Origin: Cuniculiplasma divulgatum
Lineage (GTDB): Archaea > Thermoplasmatota > Thermoplasmata > Thermoplasmatales > Thermoplasmataceae
Direction: 5' to 3'
DNA: 32,000 nucleotides
Assembly (NCBI RefSeq): GCF_900083515.1
Contig: NZ_LT671858.1
Coordinates: 1,590,001 to 1,622,000, forward strand
Shown piece after piece: positions 7,823 through 17,329 of the stretch (position 1 is its first letter; every line of letters begins with the position of its first letter). Both the position numbers and the translations under genes were made by a program. The notes under the pieces are model-generated. The model searched no databases. It was not told where the DNA came from and saw only the letters and a list, made by a program, of their open reading frames with translations.

Positions 7823-8923
7823 TTAATCTGAATTGTTGAGCACAGAGAATACAAAGTTATGAAATCTTCTTCTGAATTTTAGTATCCTGATATTTTCCCT
7901 TGTTGGATATACCCTGTTAGTCAGTACAATTGCATAGGATCCTGTTTTTGGATCTATACAGATGGATGTTCCGGTGAATCCAGTATGTCCGAATGCACCA
8001 TAATTAACAGTTTCTCCCATGAATGCATTGTAACCAAATGATGGCCCTGAAACCAATGGTCTTGGAACCTTTATCATCCATCCCAGGCCGAACATTCCTC
8101 CTATATTCTGGTTCTGTGGTGTTATCATTTGATTAAGTGTTTCCTTTCTGACAATTTTTCCGTTTAAAAGAGCTTCAGTAAAGATGCCCAAATCGTGAGT
8201 GCTGCTGAATAACCCTGCATGGCCGCATACACCCCCATAAAAAAATGCCTTCTCGTCATGTACCTTTCCCCATACTGGCATCCCCCTTTCTGGATCCTCC
8301 TCTGTTGGTGCAATGTTTTCTTTTGCAACAGAAGGATTGAAGAATGAGCTCTTCATTGAAAGAGGTGAGAATATCTTCTCTTTTGCAAGAATATCAAGAG
8401 ATTTTCCTGAGATTTCCTCGAGAAGGAAGGCAAGCAGTATGAAGTTTAGATCACTGTATTCTTCCGTTGCTGGAAGGGTATTATGCTGGTGCATCAATCC
8501 AATGGTTCGGAGGTAGTCTTCCTTCGTTTTTCCATATTTGTATAGAGGAAATGTTGAGGTAAGACCTGATGTGTGTGTTATGAGCTGTTTAACCGTTAGA
8601 TTGGAAATTAACAGATCCTGATTATAGAGACCAAGTGATCCAAGGCTGTCCTCCAAACTTAGTTCTCCTCTCTCCACATATTTCATTACAAGACTTGCTG
8701 TTACTACCGGTTTTGTAAGAGAAGCCATATCATATATGGTATTCTCATTATATTTGAAATTGAGTTCTTTTATTTCTCCTGTAAAATATGATGTTTTATA
8801 TGATCCTTTTCCAACCAGAACGTTCATTCCTGATGATACACCCTTATAATTTTTCTCAACGAATTCCTTCAGCTCTTCTGAGAAACCATTCATATTCCTT
8901 CCACTTTTGCGGTTTTCACCCAT
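7823..8923 (-). CDS. Beta-lactamase-fold serine hydrolase (class C / DD-peptidase-like); possible AmiE(YbbE)-like MurNAc-L-Ala amidase
   Basis: SxxK active-site motif in MASLTKPVV, and HTGFTG near the C-terminus. The track starts at GTG 8932. I prefer ATG 8923, which lies 2 nt after the upstream stop and 5 nt after an SD-like AGGTGG. No signal peptide. Confidence 0.78.
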   Translation of the reverse strand: MGENRKSGRNMNGFSEELKEFVEKNYKGVSSGMNVLVGKGSYKTSYFTGEIKELNFKYNENTIYDMASLTKPVVTASLVMKYVERGELSLEDSLGSLGLYNQDLLISNLTVKQLITHTSGLTSTFPLYKYGKTKEDYLRTIGLMHQHNTLPATEEYSDLNFILLAFLLEEISGKSLDILAKEKIFSPLSMKSSFFNPSVAKENIAPTEEDPERGMPVWGKVHDEKAFFYGGVCGHAGLFSSTHDLGIFTEALLNGKIVRKETLNQMITPQNQNIGGMFGLGWMIKVPRPLVSGPSFGYNAFMGETVNYGAFGHTGFTGTSICIDPKTGSYAIVLTNRVYPTRENIRILKFRRRFHNFVFSVLNNSD

Positions 8924-8925
8924 GT

Positions 8926-9912
8926 TCACCACCTCACGACCTTGTTCAGATTCGAAGGATGATCAGGATCCAGACCCATACTTACAGCCTTGAAATTTGC
9001 AAGAAGCTGAATGAAAACAAGTGAATTGAAAACTTTTTGAAACGGTTTTTCCTCGTTGAATTTCAGCACTGCTTCTCCATTCCCTATTGTAATTATTTCT
9101 CCAGATAGTTCCTCTAGTTTTTCCATAATTTTTTTGTTTGGTAAACTACCCTCAGTCAGCCATATAATAGTTGTTTCCCTGTCCAGTCTGTGGATCGGTC
9201 CATGAAAATATTCCCTTGTTGGATATGATTCTGTGATCAGTCCAGTGGTTTCCTTGAACTTAAGACCACCCTCAAGAGCCACTGGATAGCTCTTTTCTGA
9301 ACCCAGGAAAACAACCTTATTATGGATTTCAGATGAAAGTAATCTTATTTGCTCTGTCAGTGAAAATATTTTTTCTATACCACTGCATAAATGATCCAGA
9401 TCTTCAACCAGTTTTTTATCATTCCTGAGACTGTAGTCCATGAGCATCGATACAGCCACCTGAGCAGCGTGGGACTTGGTTGCCGCTATGGACTTTTCCT
9501 TTCCAGCGTGTGTGAGTATGGGATGATCGGATTCCATGAATAGCTGACTTTCTTTCTCATTTGTTATTCCTATGACTGTAAATCCATATTTCTTTGAAAG
9601 CTTCAAATTGGATATTGCATCGCTACTTTCACCTGACTGGCTAAAAATTATGTTAGTGATAGTGCCTTTCATATTCCTTACAATATTTTCAGTGTATTCT
9701 GACGATGTCATCGCCACTGATCTTATGCCGTTTTCCAGTAATGTATAATTTAGGATGAGAGCAGCGTTATAACTGGTTCCACTACCTGTAATAAAGACCA
9801 GAGATGAATTTTTTATTTGATCTATTACTTTTTTAATTTTATCAGCGTTTTCATTGATAGTTTTCCTTATGGCCTCAGGCTCTTCCTGGATCTCTTCATA
9901 CATGACTGTCAT
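8926..9912 (-). CDS. Double-SIS-domain sugar-phosphate isomerase, GlmS-isomerase-domain-like; probable glucosamine-6-phosphate deaminase (GlmD/NagB-II type)
   Basis: 328 aa. Start EIQEEPEAI, then ITGSGTSYNAAL and SQSGESSD SIS motifs. A TATA-like ctataaat (9935-9942) is centred about 27 nt upstream of the ATG at 9912. Confidence 0.8.
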   Translation of the reverse strand: MTVMYEEIQEEPEAIRKTINENADKIKKVIDQIKNSSLVFITGSGTSYNAALILNYTLLENGIRSVAMTSSEYTENIVRNMKGTITNIIFSQSGESSDAISNLKLSKKYGFTVIGITNEKESQLFMESDHPILTHAGKEKSIAATKSHAAQVAVSMLMDYSLRNDKKLVEDLDHLCSGIEKIFSLTEQIRLLSSEIHNKVVFLGSEKSYPVALEGGLKFKETTGLITESYPTREYFHGPIHRLDRETTIIWLTEGSLPNKKIMEKLEELSGEIITIGNGEAVLKFNEEKPFQKVFNSLVFIQLLANFKAVSMGLDPDHPSNLNKVVRW

Positions 9913-9934
9913 ATGGGGTTGTATGGGTATTAAC

Positions 9935-9942
9935 GCTATAAA
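9935..9942 (-). promoter_or_regulatory. Putative TATA box for the minus-strand SIS / hydrolase / kinase operon
   Basis: The reverse complement ATTTATAG is centred about 26-27 nt from the ATG at 9912 (leaderless-type geometry). Confidence 0.35.
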
Positions 9943-9995
9943 TCTTCTTTTGACTCATCCTGCATTTATATCTGTAGATTACACATTTCAATTTC

Positions 9996-10011
9996 ATGTA
10001 ACCGTTTACAT
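9996..10011. promoter_or_regulatory. Perfect 6-4-6 inverted repeat ATGTAAccgtTTACAT just upstream of the nagA TATA box; candidate operator
   Basis: Read directly from the sequence. The adjacent TTATATA at 10019-10025 lies about 28-31 nt upstream of the nagA start. The right arm contains GTTTACA, which is shared with motifs at 27.07 kb and 30.26 kb. Confidence 0.35.
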
Positions 10012-10052
10012 TAATATCTTATATAGATGGATAAACTCACTTTATTAAAGTG

Positions 10053-11210
10053 ATGAGTCTGGAAAGCAGTATTCTTTTGAAGAGGATCATTACAATCAAT
10101 GGTTGCAGGGATAACTGCTATCTAAATGTGAAAGATGGAGTTATACACAGCATAACGGAGAAGAAAATTTTTGATAACGAAATTGTGGATTTTTCAAATC
10201 TCACTGCAGTTCCAGGATTTATAGATATACACACCCACGGTTATTTTGGTGTTGACGCAACATACTCATCTGAAGAAGAAATTCACAGATGGGCACAAAT
10301 GCTTGCAAGAAAGGGCATCACCTCATTTATACCCACATGCGTCTCCCTTCCCCTTGAAACCATGATAAAATTTATCAATAAAATCAGATCAGCATCACTT
10401 CATCAAAAGGAAGATGAGGCGAGAATACTTGGTATGAGGAGTGAAGGCCCATACATAAGCCTAGAACAAAAGGGTGCACATAATCCACTGTACCTGAGAA
10501 GACCAGATATAGATGAATTAAGAAAAATAATTCAGGCTGCTGGCAGTTCCCTTTTCATAATTGATATGGCTCCTGAACTTGAAAATTTCAGAGAGTCGCT
10601 GGAGTATCTACTGGAAAATAATAAGGTTGTTTCTATTGGACATTCAAATGCCTCCTATTCCCAGGCCACGGCAGGAATAGATTCTGGTGCAAGACTGATG
10701 ACACACTTTTTTAATGCCATGTCTCCCCTAAAGCACAGAGAGGCCGGAATGGTTGGTGCTGGTCTCTTATCTGATTCAGTTTATCTGGAACTCATAGGAG
10801 ACATGCATCACGTTTCCAGAGAAGCTATTAAGATTTTGCTGAAAACAAGAGACATTGATCACATAATTGGAATAACGGACTCATTATCCATAGGAGGGAC
10901 AACTTCAGCTGATGCAAAGCTAGGAGGTCTTGATGTCATTAAGAAGGACGGTGTGGCATGGATCAGGGATACAAACACCATAGCTGGTAGTATCCTAACC
11001 ATGGATACAGCGTTCCAGAATCTTCATGAAATAGTTTCTGATCCGGTGAATCTTACAAAGATATTTTCTACCAATGCCTCGAAAGCACTGAGCCTGAAGA
11101 ACATTGGATATATAGATGTGGGAATGGATGCTGACATAAATATCATTGATGATCATATGAAAGTTAAAGGAACCATGATAAGGGGATGTATGATCGGTGA
11201 TGTAAAATGA
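10053..11210 (+). CDS. nagA: N-acetylglucosamine-6-phosphate deacetylase
   Basis: PGFIDIHTHG metal-binding motif, EGPYIS...KGAH, IGHSNA and HFFNAM blocks typical of NagA. The track start is GTG 10050; the ATG is at 10053. Confidence 0.9.
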   Translation: MSLESSILLKRIITINGCRDNCYLNVKDGVIHSITEKKIFDNEIVDFSNLTAVPGFIDIHTHGYFGVDATYSSEEEIHRWAQMLARKGITSFIPTCVSLPLETMIKFINKIRSASLHQKEDEARILGMRSEGPYISLEQKGAHNPLYLRRPDIDELRKIIQAAGSSLFIIDMAPELENFRESLEYLLENNKVVSIGHSNASYSQATAGIDSGARLMTHFFNAMSPLKHREAGMVGAGLLSDSVYLELIGDMHHVSREAIKILLKTRDIDHIIGITDSLSIGGTTSADAKLGGLDVIKKDGVAWIRDTNTIAGSILTMDTAFQNLHEIVSDPVNLTKIFSTNASKALSLKNIGYIDVGMDADINIIDDHMKVKGTMIRGCMIGDVK

Positions 11211-11253
11211 AAATCTTTAAGGAGCAAAACCATAAGGTGGAGAGATACTAAAT

Positions 11254-12078
11254 ATGACTCTGTCCACTGAAGATGTAAACCCTTTCTCCATAGATATTGG
11301 TGAATGGGATATAGAAACAATTAGCTCATTTATTCACCTCTCAGATATAGCTGCATATGAAGCAGTTGGAAAAGCAATGAATAAAATTTCTGAAGCCTGC
11401 AAAATGATTCTGGAATCGCTCGAAAAGGGTGGTAGGGTTATTTATCTTGGAGCAGGTACAAGTGGGAGGGTTGCTGCCCAGGATGTTGTTGAACTGCTTC
11501 CCACATATGATCTTGGCACAGAATTTTTTGATTTTATACTTGCTGGAGGACCCGGATCGCTGGTGAAATCCGTTGAAGGGGCAGAGGATGACGAAAATGG
11601 ATCTGTTGAAGAATTGAAGAAGAGAAATATCAATTCGAAAGATATTATTGTTGGAGTAACGGCCTCAGGTTCTACCCCTTTTGTCCTTGGTGGTATGATC
11701 TACGGAAGATCCTTAGGATGCAAGACCATAGGAATAACAAACAATCATGCCAAAAGAATAGAGCAGTATTCTGATCTGTGTATAGAGCTGATTACTGGAC
11801 CGGAAGTGATACAGGGATCAACCAGAATGAAGGCAGGTACCGCACAGAAGATGGCACTGAATATAATTTCAACTACTGTAGCAGTAAAACTAGGAAGAAC
11901 GTATAAAAATACCATGTCTCATATGGGTTCATGGTACAATGAGAAACTGAAGAAACGATCGGTTAACATACTTATGACACAGTTCTCAATGAAGGAAACG
12001 GAAGCCATGAAGTTGCTTGCTGAAAACAATTATAACATTAACAAATGCATAGAAATTTTGAAAAGGGTAGATAAGTAG
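11254..12078 (+). CDS. murQ: N-acetylmuramic acid 6-phosphate etherase
   Basis: 274 aa. SIS motif GGRVIYLGAGTSGRVA, TASGSTPF and GSTRMKAGTAQKM, all characteristic of MurQ. An SD-like AAGGTGGAG lies about 10 nt upstream. Confidence 0.92.
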   Translation: MTLSTEDVNPFSIDIGEWDIETISSFIHLSDIAAYEAVGKAMNKISEACKMILESLEKGGRVIYLGAGTSGRVAAQDVVELLPTYDLGTEFFDFILAGGPGSLVKSVEGAEDDENGSVEELKKRNINSKDIIVGVTASGSTPFVLGGMIYGRSLGCKTIGITNNHAKRIEQYSDLCIELITGPEVIQGSTRMKAGTAQKMALNIISTTVAVKLGRTYKNTMSHMGSWYNEKLKKRSVNILMTQFSMKETEAMKLLAENNYNINKCIEILKRVDK

Positions 12079-12126
12079 AATATTGCCCCAGTCAAGTTAA
12101 TATTACCAATTATTATGATCCGGTAG

Positions 12127-13200
12127 ATGATAAAATCAGTAAAATTTAAAAAGATGAATCTTGAAATGAAGAAGCCCTTCAAGATTGCACTGGGCTCAAC
12201 GGACTTTTATGAAGGTTTTCTTGTTTCCATAGAAACCGATGATGGGATAACCGGTTATGGAGAAGCTACAACAACACCATTCATTACGGGAGACACCATA
12301 GGTTCAATAGAAAGTGAGCTAGCCTTCTTTTCAAAGAAACTGGTTGGCGAAGATGAATCACCAGAGACTATTAACACAAAGATGAAAGCGTGGATGAGAT
12401 CATCAAAGGCAAGCAGAAATGCTATTGACTGTGCACTGTGGGATATCATAGGAAAAAGAGCAAATATGAATCTTGTAAAATTGCTGGGTAATCATAAGAA
12501 GTCAATCCTGACATCATACACTGTAGATCTTGTTGATTCAGAGACAGCCAAAACACAGGCAAAGGAACTATTATCACAGGGTCTCAGGGTATTCAAGATA
12601 AAGGTAGGTTCTGGGATCGAGGAGGATCTTAAGAGGGTAAAGGTTGTAAGAGAGATAGTTGGGGAAGACAAGATGATTTACATAGACTTCAACCAGGCAT
12701 ACAGCGTGAAGAATGCGGTTAAAATATCAAGACTTCTTGAGCCCTATAATATAGAATTTATGGAACAACCCATAGCATCTACGGATATTTCTGGACTGCG
12801 TTTCATCAGAGATCATTCTGAAATACCTGTTTATGCAGATGAGACTATTTTCACACCACAGGATGTTTCTGAAGTTATGAGGAGAGAAGCCGTGGATGGC
12901 ATAAATATAAAGCTTATGAAATCTGGAGGTATTTCTGATGCAATGCAGATGGCGAACACAGCAAAGTCATTTGGAGTGCCTGTAATGATCGGATGTATGG
13001 TTGAAACCAGAATTGCAAACACCTCTGGTCTTATAGTAGCTTTGAGTAATTCTGCAGTTAAATATGCTGACCTTGACGGATACAATAACATAAAGGAAGA
13101 TCCTGTCACAGAGGGCATTTTGATGAGTAAGGGAGAGGTAAGGTTATCTAATGATTTACCAGGTACGGGTATATCTGTGAAAGAAAAATTCAGGATATAA
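12127..13200 (+). CDS. L-Ala-D/L-Glu (dipeptide) epimerase, enolase superfamily (YkfB/YcjG-like)
   Basis: 357 aa, with an MR/MLE-type layout: FKIKVG, IDFNQAY, MEQP, YADE, INIKLMKSGGI (the two catalytic Lys contexts and the metal ligands). Confidence 0.85.
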   Translation: MIKSVKFKKMNLEMKKPFKIALGSTDFYEGFLVSIETDDGITGYGEATTTPFITGDTIGSIESELAFFSKKLVGEDESPETINTKMKAWMRSSKASRNAIDCALWDIIGKRANMNLVKLLGNHKKSILTSYTVDLVDSETAKTQAKELLSQGLRVFKIKVGSGIEEDLKRVKVVREIVGEDKMIYIDFNQAYSVKNAVKISRLLEPYNIEFMEQPIASTDISGLRFIRDHSEIPVYADETIFTPQDVSEVMRREAVDGINIKLMKSGGISDAMQMANTAKSFGVPVMIGCMVETRIANTSGLIVALSNSAVKYADLDGYNNIKEDPVTEGILMSKGEVRLSNDLPGTGISVKEKFRI

Positions 13201-13318
13201 TAAATTTATAAATTATATTAATAAAAATTTTAATTAAAAGAATTAAACAATTAAAATTACAGGTATTTTTGTTTTATTAATTGCCAAATGAGTAAATTTA
13301 AGTTCGTTCCTTACATCA

Positions 13319-14323
13319 ATGAGTATGTTGCTTGCCATTGACGGGGGATCTACAAAAACCATATCTGTTGTATTTGATGAGGAAAAAAATGAGATAGTTT
13401 CTGTTGGACTTAGCGGATCAGCAAATTATACTACGAATAGTCTGGAATTTGCCATAACAAACCTAAGCAAATCTATAAATGATGCAATAGAAGCGGCAGA
13501 TATAACAATGGATTCGATTGAAAAGGTAATCGTGTCAATAGTAGGAATAGGAGATTCAGAAGAAGCAACAAAAATGGGAAATGAGATAATTTCCAGTCTT
13601 ATTGGGAAAAGAGAATATAGTGTAATTAATGATGGCCTGGCTGCTTATTACTTAGGAAACGGTAGTGAAAATGGTATAGTTTTTGCACCTGGTACTGGAA
13701 GTGTGGGATACATAAAGATAGAAAATAGAATGAAAAGATTTGGAGGATGGGGATGGAGCATTGGAGATATGTCCTCTGCCACATGGTTTAGTAAAAAATC
13801 TGTTGAGGTTGCAATGATGGAAATGGATTCAGAAAGTGGTAGAAAACCATTTCTTGAAACTGTAGAGAATCATTTCAAGACTTCGTTAAGGGAATTATCC
13901 TGGCAGATTGAACGCAGATATATACAAAAGGAGAAATTAGCCTCATTTTCAGTAAATCTATCAAGGATGGCAAAGGATGGAAACAAAGAGGCACTCGCAC
14001 TGTTCGATGAATCTGCATCCTATATGGGTAAAATTATTAATGGAATTAGAAGTAAATATTCTGATGCAAAAAGAGTTTCCATAATGGGTGGGACAATGCA
14101 GGCAGGAGAATTTTATTATAAAATGATTAGAAAATATATACCTGATGTTAACATATTTTTTGGATATGAAATTGTAATTGGAACTATTATGCATATGAAG
14201 AATGAGATGGATTTTAAATTCAGAGACAGTTTGCTTAAGCAGCTTGATCATTCCCTTGAAAAAATACCGGAAGGTGAATTAAAGGGGTATTTGAATATAG
14301 ACAAACCAATGAAACTTCCATGA
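13319..14323 (+). CDS. BadF/BadG/BcrA/BcrD-type ATPase, probable GlcNAc/MurNAc kinase (paralog 2)
   Basis: 334 aa. LAIDGGSTKT, PGTGSVGY and GGWGWSIGDMSSATW match the same kinase family as 6773-7792, but the two are clearly divergent. Confidence 0.78.
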   Translation: MSMLLAIDGGSTKTISVVFDEEKNEIVSVGLSGSANYTTNSLEFAITNLSKSINDAIEAADITMDSIEKVIVSIVGIGDSEEATKMGNEIISSLIGKREYSVINDGLAAYYLGNGSENGIVFAPGTGSVGYIKIENRMKRFGGWGWSIGDMSSATWFSKKSVEVAMMEMDSESGRKPFLETVENHFKTSLRELSWQIERRYIQKEKLASFSVNLSRMAKDGNKEALALFDESASYMGKIINGIRSKYSDAKRVSIMGGTMQAGEFYYKMIRKYIPDVNIFFGYEIVIGTIMHMKNEMDFKFRDSLLKQLDHSLEKIPEGELKGYLNIDKPMKLP

Positions 14324-15358
14324 TCATTCTTTTTCAAAATTGAAAACGCCAGATACCATCTTTATATCCTCAAGGGTGGCATTTTTTCCCCCTACTGTAT
14401 AAGTACCAGTTATAGTTTTGATTACAAATGCGTACTGCAAACCCTGAATTCTCTTTACAGAGATAACATCTGCATTAAGTGAAACAGGTCCACTGGCGTC
14501 AAATCCTTCTACTTCAACCTTGCACTTATATCCTTTTGAAAAAGCGTTATCAATTAGTTCACATGCAAGCCAGGATGAAGAAATTTTAACATTTTCCATT
14601 CCATCGAAGTCGCGGTAATATCTTGATGAGACCCAGTTCATATTGAAAAAGTAGTAATCGAGAACATCAACGAGCTCTTCCTCCTGTATAAATATAGAAT
14701 AATCAGAAGTTTGAGAAAGAGAATTTGCATTCAAGAAAGCTATTTTTCTATCAACAACCACAATTTCAACGGGCATTATACTTCTTATTCTTAGTATGCC
14801 AAGTTCAGATAATGTGACCAAACTTTTTTCATCTATGCTCTCTTTCATAACAGAGCATATTGTGACCCCTCTTTTTCTGGCCCTCCTTAATGCAGGCAGG
14901 AGTTCAGCTAGCTTATGATATTCCATAGATAATATAATTTCTGAATTAGACTCTGAAATCATCAATTCAAGCTTCAACATCACGCTCTTGCTGTTTTCTA
15001 TAAACCATACATTGGGAGCCCTAATTTCAAAATCACTCCTGTTCTCCAGAATATATTTATCCAAACGATCAATGTACTCATTCATATATTCTACATTGTG
15101 CCTGAGAGCTGCTGAAGGCATTATGGCCTCATAAGTTTTGTTTATGCTCGAGTTCATGATTATGAGCCCTTTTCTCTGAAGTTTACCAAGAACATCATAT
15201 GTTCTTGGCTGGGGAATTCCAGTAACCTTTATTATTTCACTGGCGCGCATAGGACCCTTTAACAACAGTGAGGAATAAGCCTTGATCTCGTAGTTAGATA
15301 ATTGAAATTTTTCTAAGTCTCTGAATGTATCTGAATCCAAATCGATCACATAGTTCAT
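14324..15358 (-). CDS. TrmB-family sugar-sensing transcriptional regulator
   Basis: 344 aa. N-terminal winged helix YEIKAYSSLLLKGPMRASEIIKVTGIPQPRTYDVLGKLQRKGLI, plus a long C-terminal effector domain. Its stop abuts the stop of the convergent kinase gene (TGATCA at 14321-14326). Confidence 0.85.
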   Translation of the reverse strand: MNYVIDLDSDTFRDLEKFQLSNYEIKAYSSLLLKGPMRASEIIKVTGIPQPRTYDVLGKLQRKGLIIMNSSINKTYEAIMPSAALRHNVEYMNEYIDRLDKYILENRSDFEIRAPNVWFIENSKSVMLKLELMISESNSEIILSMEYHKLAELLPALRRARKRGVTICSVMKESIDEKSLVTLSELGILRIRSIMPVEIVVVDRKIAFLNANSLSQTSDYSIFIQEEELVDVLDYYFFNMNWVSSRYYRDFDGMENVKISSSWLACELIDNAFSKGYKCKVEVEGFDASGPVSLNADVISVKRIQGLQYAFVIKTITGTYTVGGKNATLEDIKMVSGVFNFEKE

Positions 15359-15391
15359 GCGTTAAAAATATTTAACTATAACATTATATCG

Positions 15392-17323
15392 TTATTTACT
15401 TATTTCAATTGCCTTAACTTGAATTCTCTTTTCCCCTATTAGAATATCTTTATCCTTATCAGAATCAGAAACTTTGAATTCGTCTCCCAAATACATATCG
15501 AAACTCCCCTTCCCATAAATAAGTATTTTATCATCGTAGATAATTGCTGAATTGTTCTTTACAAAAATGGGAAAATGATCATCGACTTTCAAATAGGCTG
15601 GACCGATAATCTTTTCGTTATTACTGAAACGAATCCATTCACCTTTCGGAATGTAAACCTCCCTTGATTCTTGATTTTCAATTTTTGGTGCATATATTAA
15701 ATTGTCTCCGAGCATATACTCATCCCTCAGATGAATAGTAGTTTCATCATTCCAATAATAAAATGAAAGTGGTGATATGCTTGGCTTTAGATATTTGTGA
15801 GAGAAGAATAAACACTGATATATTTGATCCGTAAATTTGTAGCGCATTAGTACACTTTTAATTATATCATCCCGGATTCTTGGTGGCTGGAGAAAAATCT
15901 CCTGTTCATTCCCAGCTATGTCTTTGTGGTTTCTGTATAATGGAAAAAGTAGGGCCATCCTGTAATAGTCTGCAAGTAGCTGAGGGTTGCTATTACTGAA
16001 AAATCCTCCAAGATCGCATCCACAGGAAGTTATACCACTTATTGAAAGAGATGGAACCATAGACATTTGTAGATATAGATCATCATAGGAAGAAATATTG
16101 TCCCCGGTCCACATAGCAGCGTATTTTTGTATTCCAGAATATCCAGCTCTTGTTAGTATGAACGGATTTAGATCTTTTTCCTTCATAGAGTAAAATGTGG
16201 CCATTGCTTGAAAATTTGGATAAGCGTTTCTTATTTCTTTGTGTTTCCTTGTAGTTCCATCATCACACTTATGAATGGATTTGCCGTCTATTATTTTATC
16301 CCCCTGAAGAACAGTGGGCTCATTCATATCAAGCCATATGCCATCTACACCATACTCAAGCCATCTTTTAATTTCATTTCCCCATCTCTTTCTAGACTCT
16401 TTGTTAAAAAAATCAGGAAAGGCAGATGTACCTGGCCACATTGAACCTGAATATATCTCATTATTCTCCGTTTCCATATATGTACCGTTCAATCTATTAA
16501 AAACTTCATAATTCTGATCTATTTTAATAGAAGGGTCGATAATAGTTACAATTTTTGTGTCTCTTTCGTGAAGACTCTTTATGAATGATTTGGGATTTTT
16601 GAAACGTTTTCTATTCCATGTGAAAAGTTTGTAATCCTGCATATGATGTATATCAAAATACATAGAATCTACAGGTACAAACTTTTTGTAATTAATCAGA
16701 ACCTCAAGTGCGGCCGTGTCAGGATAATAGGTATAACGTGATATGGAATGCCCTGTAGCCCATTTCGGTATTAAAACTGGGCTTCCTGTCAATCTAAGAT
16801 ATTGCTCCAATATTTTTTCCGGAGTGTCTCCATTAAAGAGGTAGAAATCACATTTCTTAGAATCCACTGTTATCTTAATTTTGTCATATATCTCTACACC
16901 AAAATCAAGCACTATTTTACCGGGATAGTCCACAAAGTATCCAAATGCTTTATCTTCCAGTGTTAGGATGAAAAATGGAATCGATGAATATATTGGATCC
17001 TCGCCAGTTTTGTATGTATCCGGGTCTCTATTCAGCATTACAAATTTTTTCCGCTTCCTATCTACTGGAAAAGCTTTTGCTCCCAGTCCTATAATATGTG
17101 ACTTGACTGCGAGGTTGATCAGAATGACAATACAGTCATTCTCCACACTAAATTCTATACCGTCTGGCATTGCGTCAACTTTCCTCCTTTCCTCCTCCTT
17201 TTTGGTATTTCTGAAATTCATAATGGATCGATATCCATTAAAACTTACCAACCTATAATCATCAAATAAACTTATTTTATAAGCCATGCTTTTACCCCTA
17301 TTTTTTAATATAACTATTCCCAA
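15392..17323 (-). CDS. Glycoside hydrolase family 31 (alpha-glucosidase-like)
   Basis: 643 aa. Catalytic nucleophile block GIWLDMNEP and acid/base region MWTGDNISSY. An alternative start (MAYKISLF) lies at 17287. Confidence 0.88.
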   Translation of the reverse strand: MGIVILKNRGKSMAYKISLFDDYRLVSFNGYRSIMNFRNTKKEEERRKVDAMPDGIEFSVENDCIVILINLAVKSHIIGLGAKAFPVDRKRKKFVMLNRDPDTYKTGEDPIYSSIPFFILTLEDKAFGYFVDYPGKIVLDFGVEIYDKIKITVDSKKCDFYLFNGDTPEKILEQYLRLTGSPVLIPKWATGHSISRYTYYPDTAALEVLINYKKFVPVDSMYFDIHHMQDYKLFTWNRKRFKNPKSFIKSLHERDTKIVTIIDPSIKIDQNYEVFNRLNGTYMETENNEIYSGSMWPGTSAFPDFFNKESRKRWGNEIKRWLEYGVDGIWLDMNEPTVLQGDKIIDGKSIHKCDDGTTRKHKEIRNAYPNFQAMATFYSMKEKDLNPFILTRAGYSGIQKYAAMWTGDNISSYDDLYLQMSMVPSLSISGITSCGCDLGGFFSNSNPQLLADYYRMALLFPLYRNHKDIAGNEQEIFLQPPRIRDDIIKSVLMRYKFTDQIYQCLFFSHKYLKPSISPLSFYYWNDETTIHLRDEYMLGDNLIYAPKIENQESREVYIPKGEWIRFSNNEKIIGPAYLKVDDHFPIFVKNNSAIIYDDKILIYGKGSFDMYLGDEFKVSDSDKDKDILIGEKRIQVKAIEISK

Positions 17324-17329
17324 TATTCC

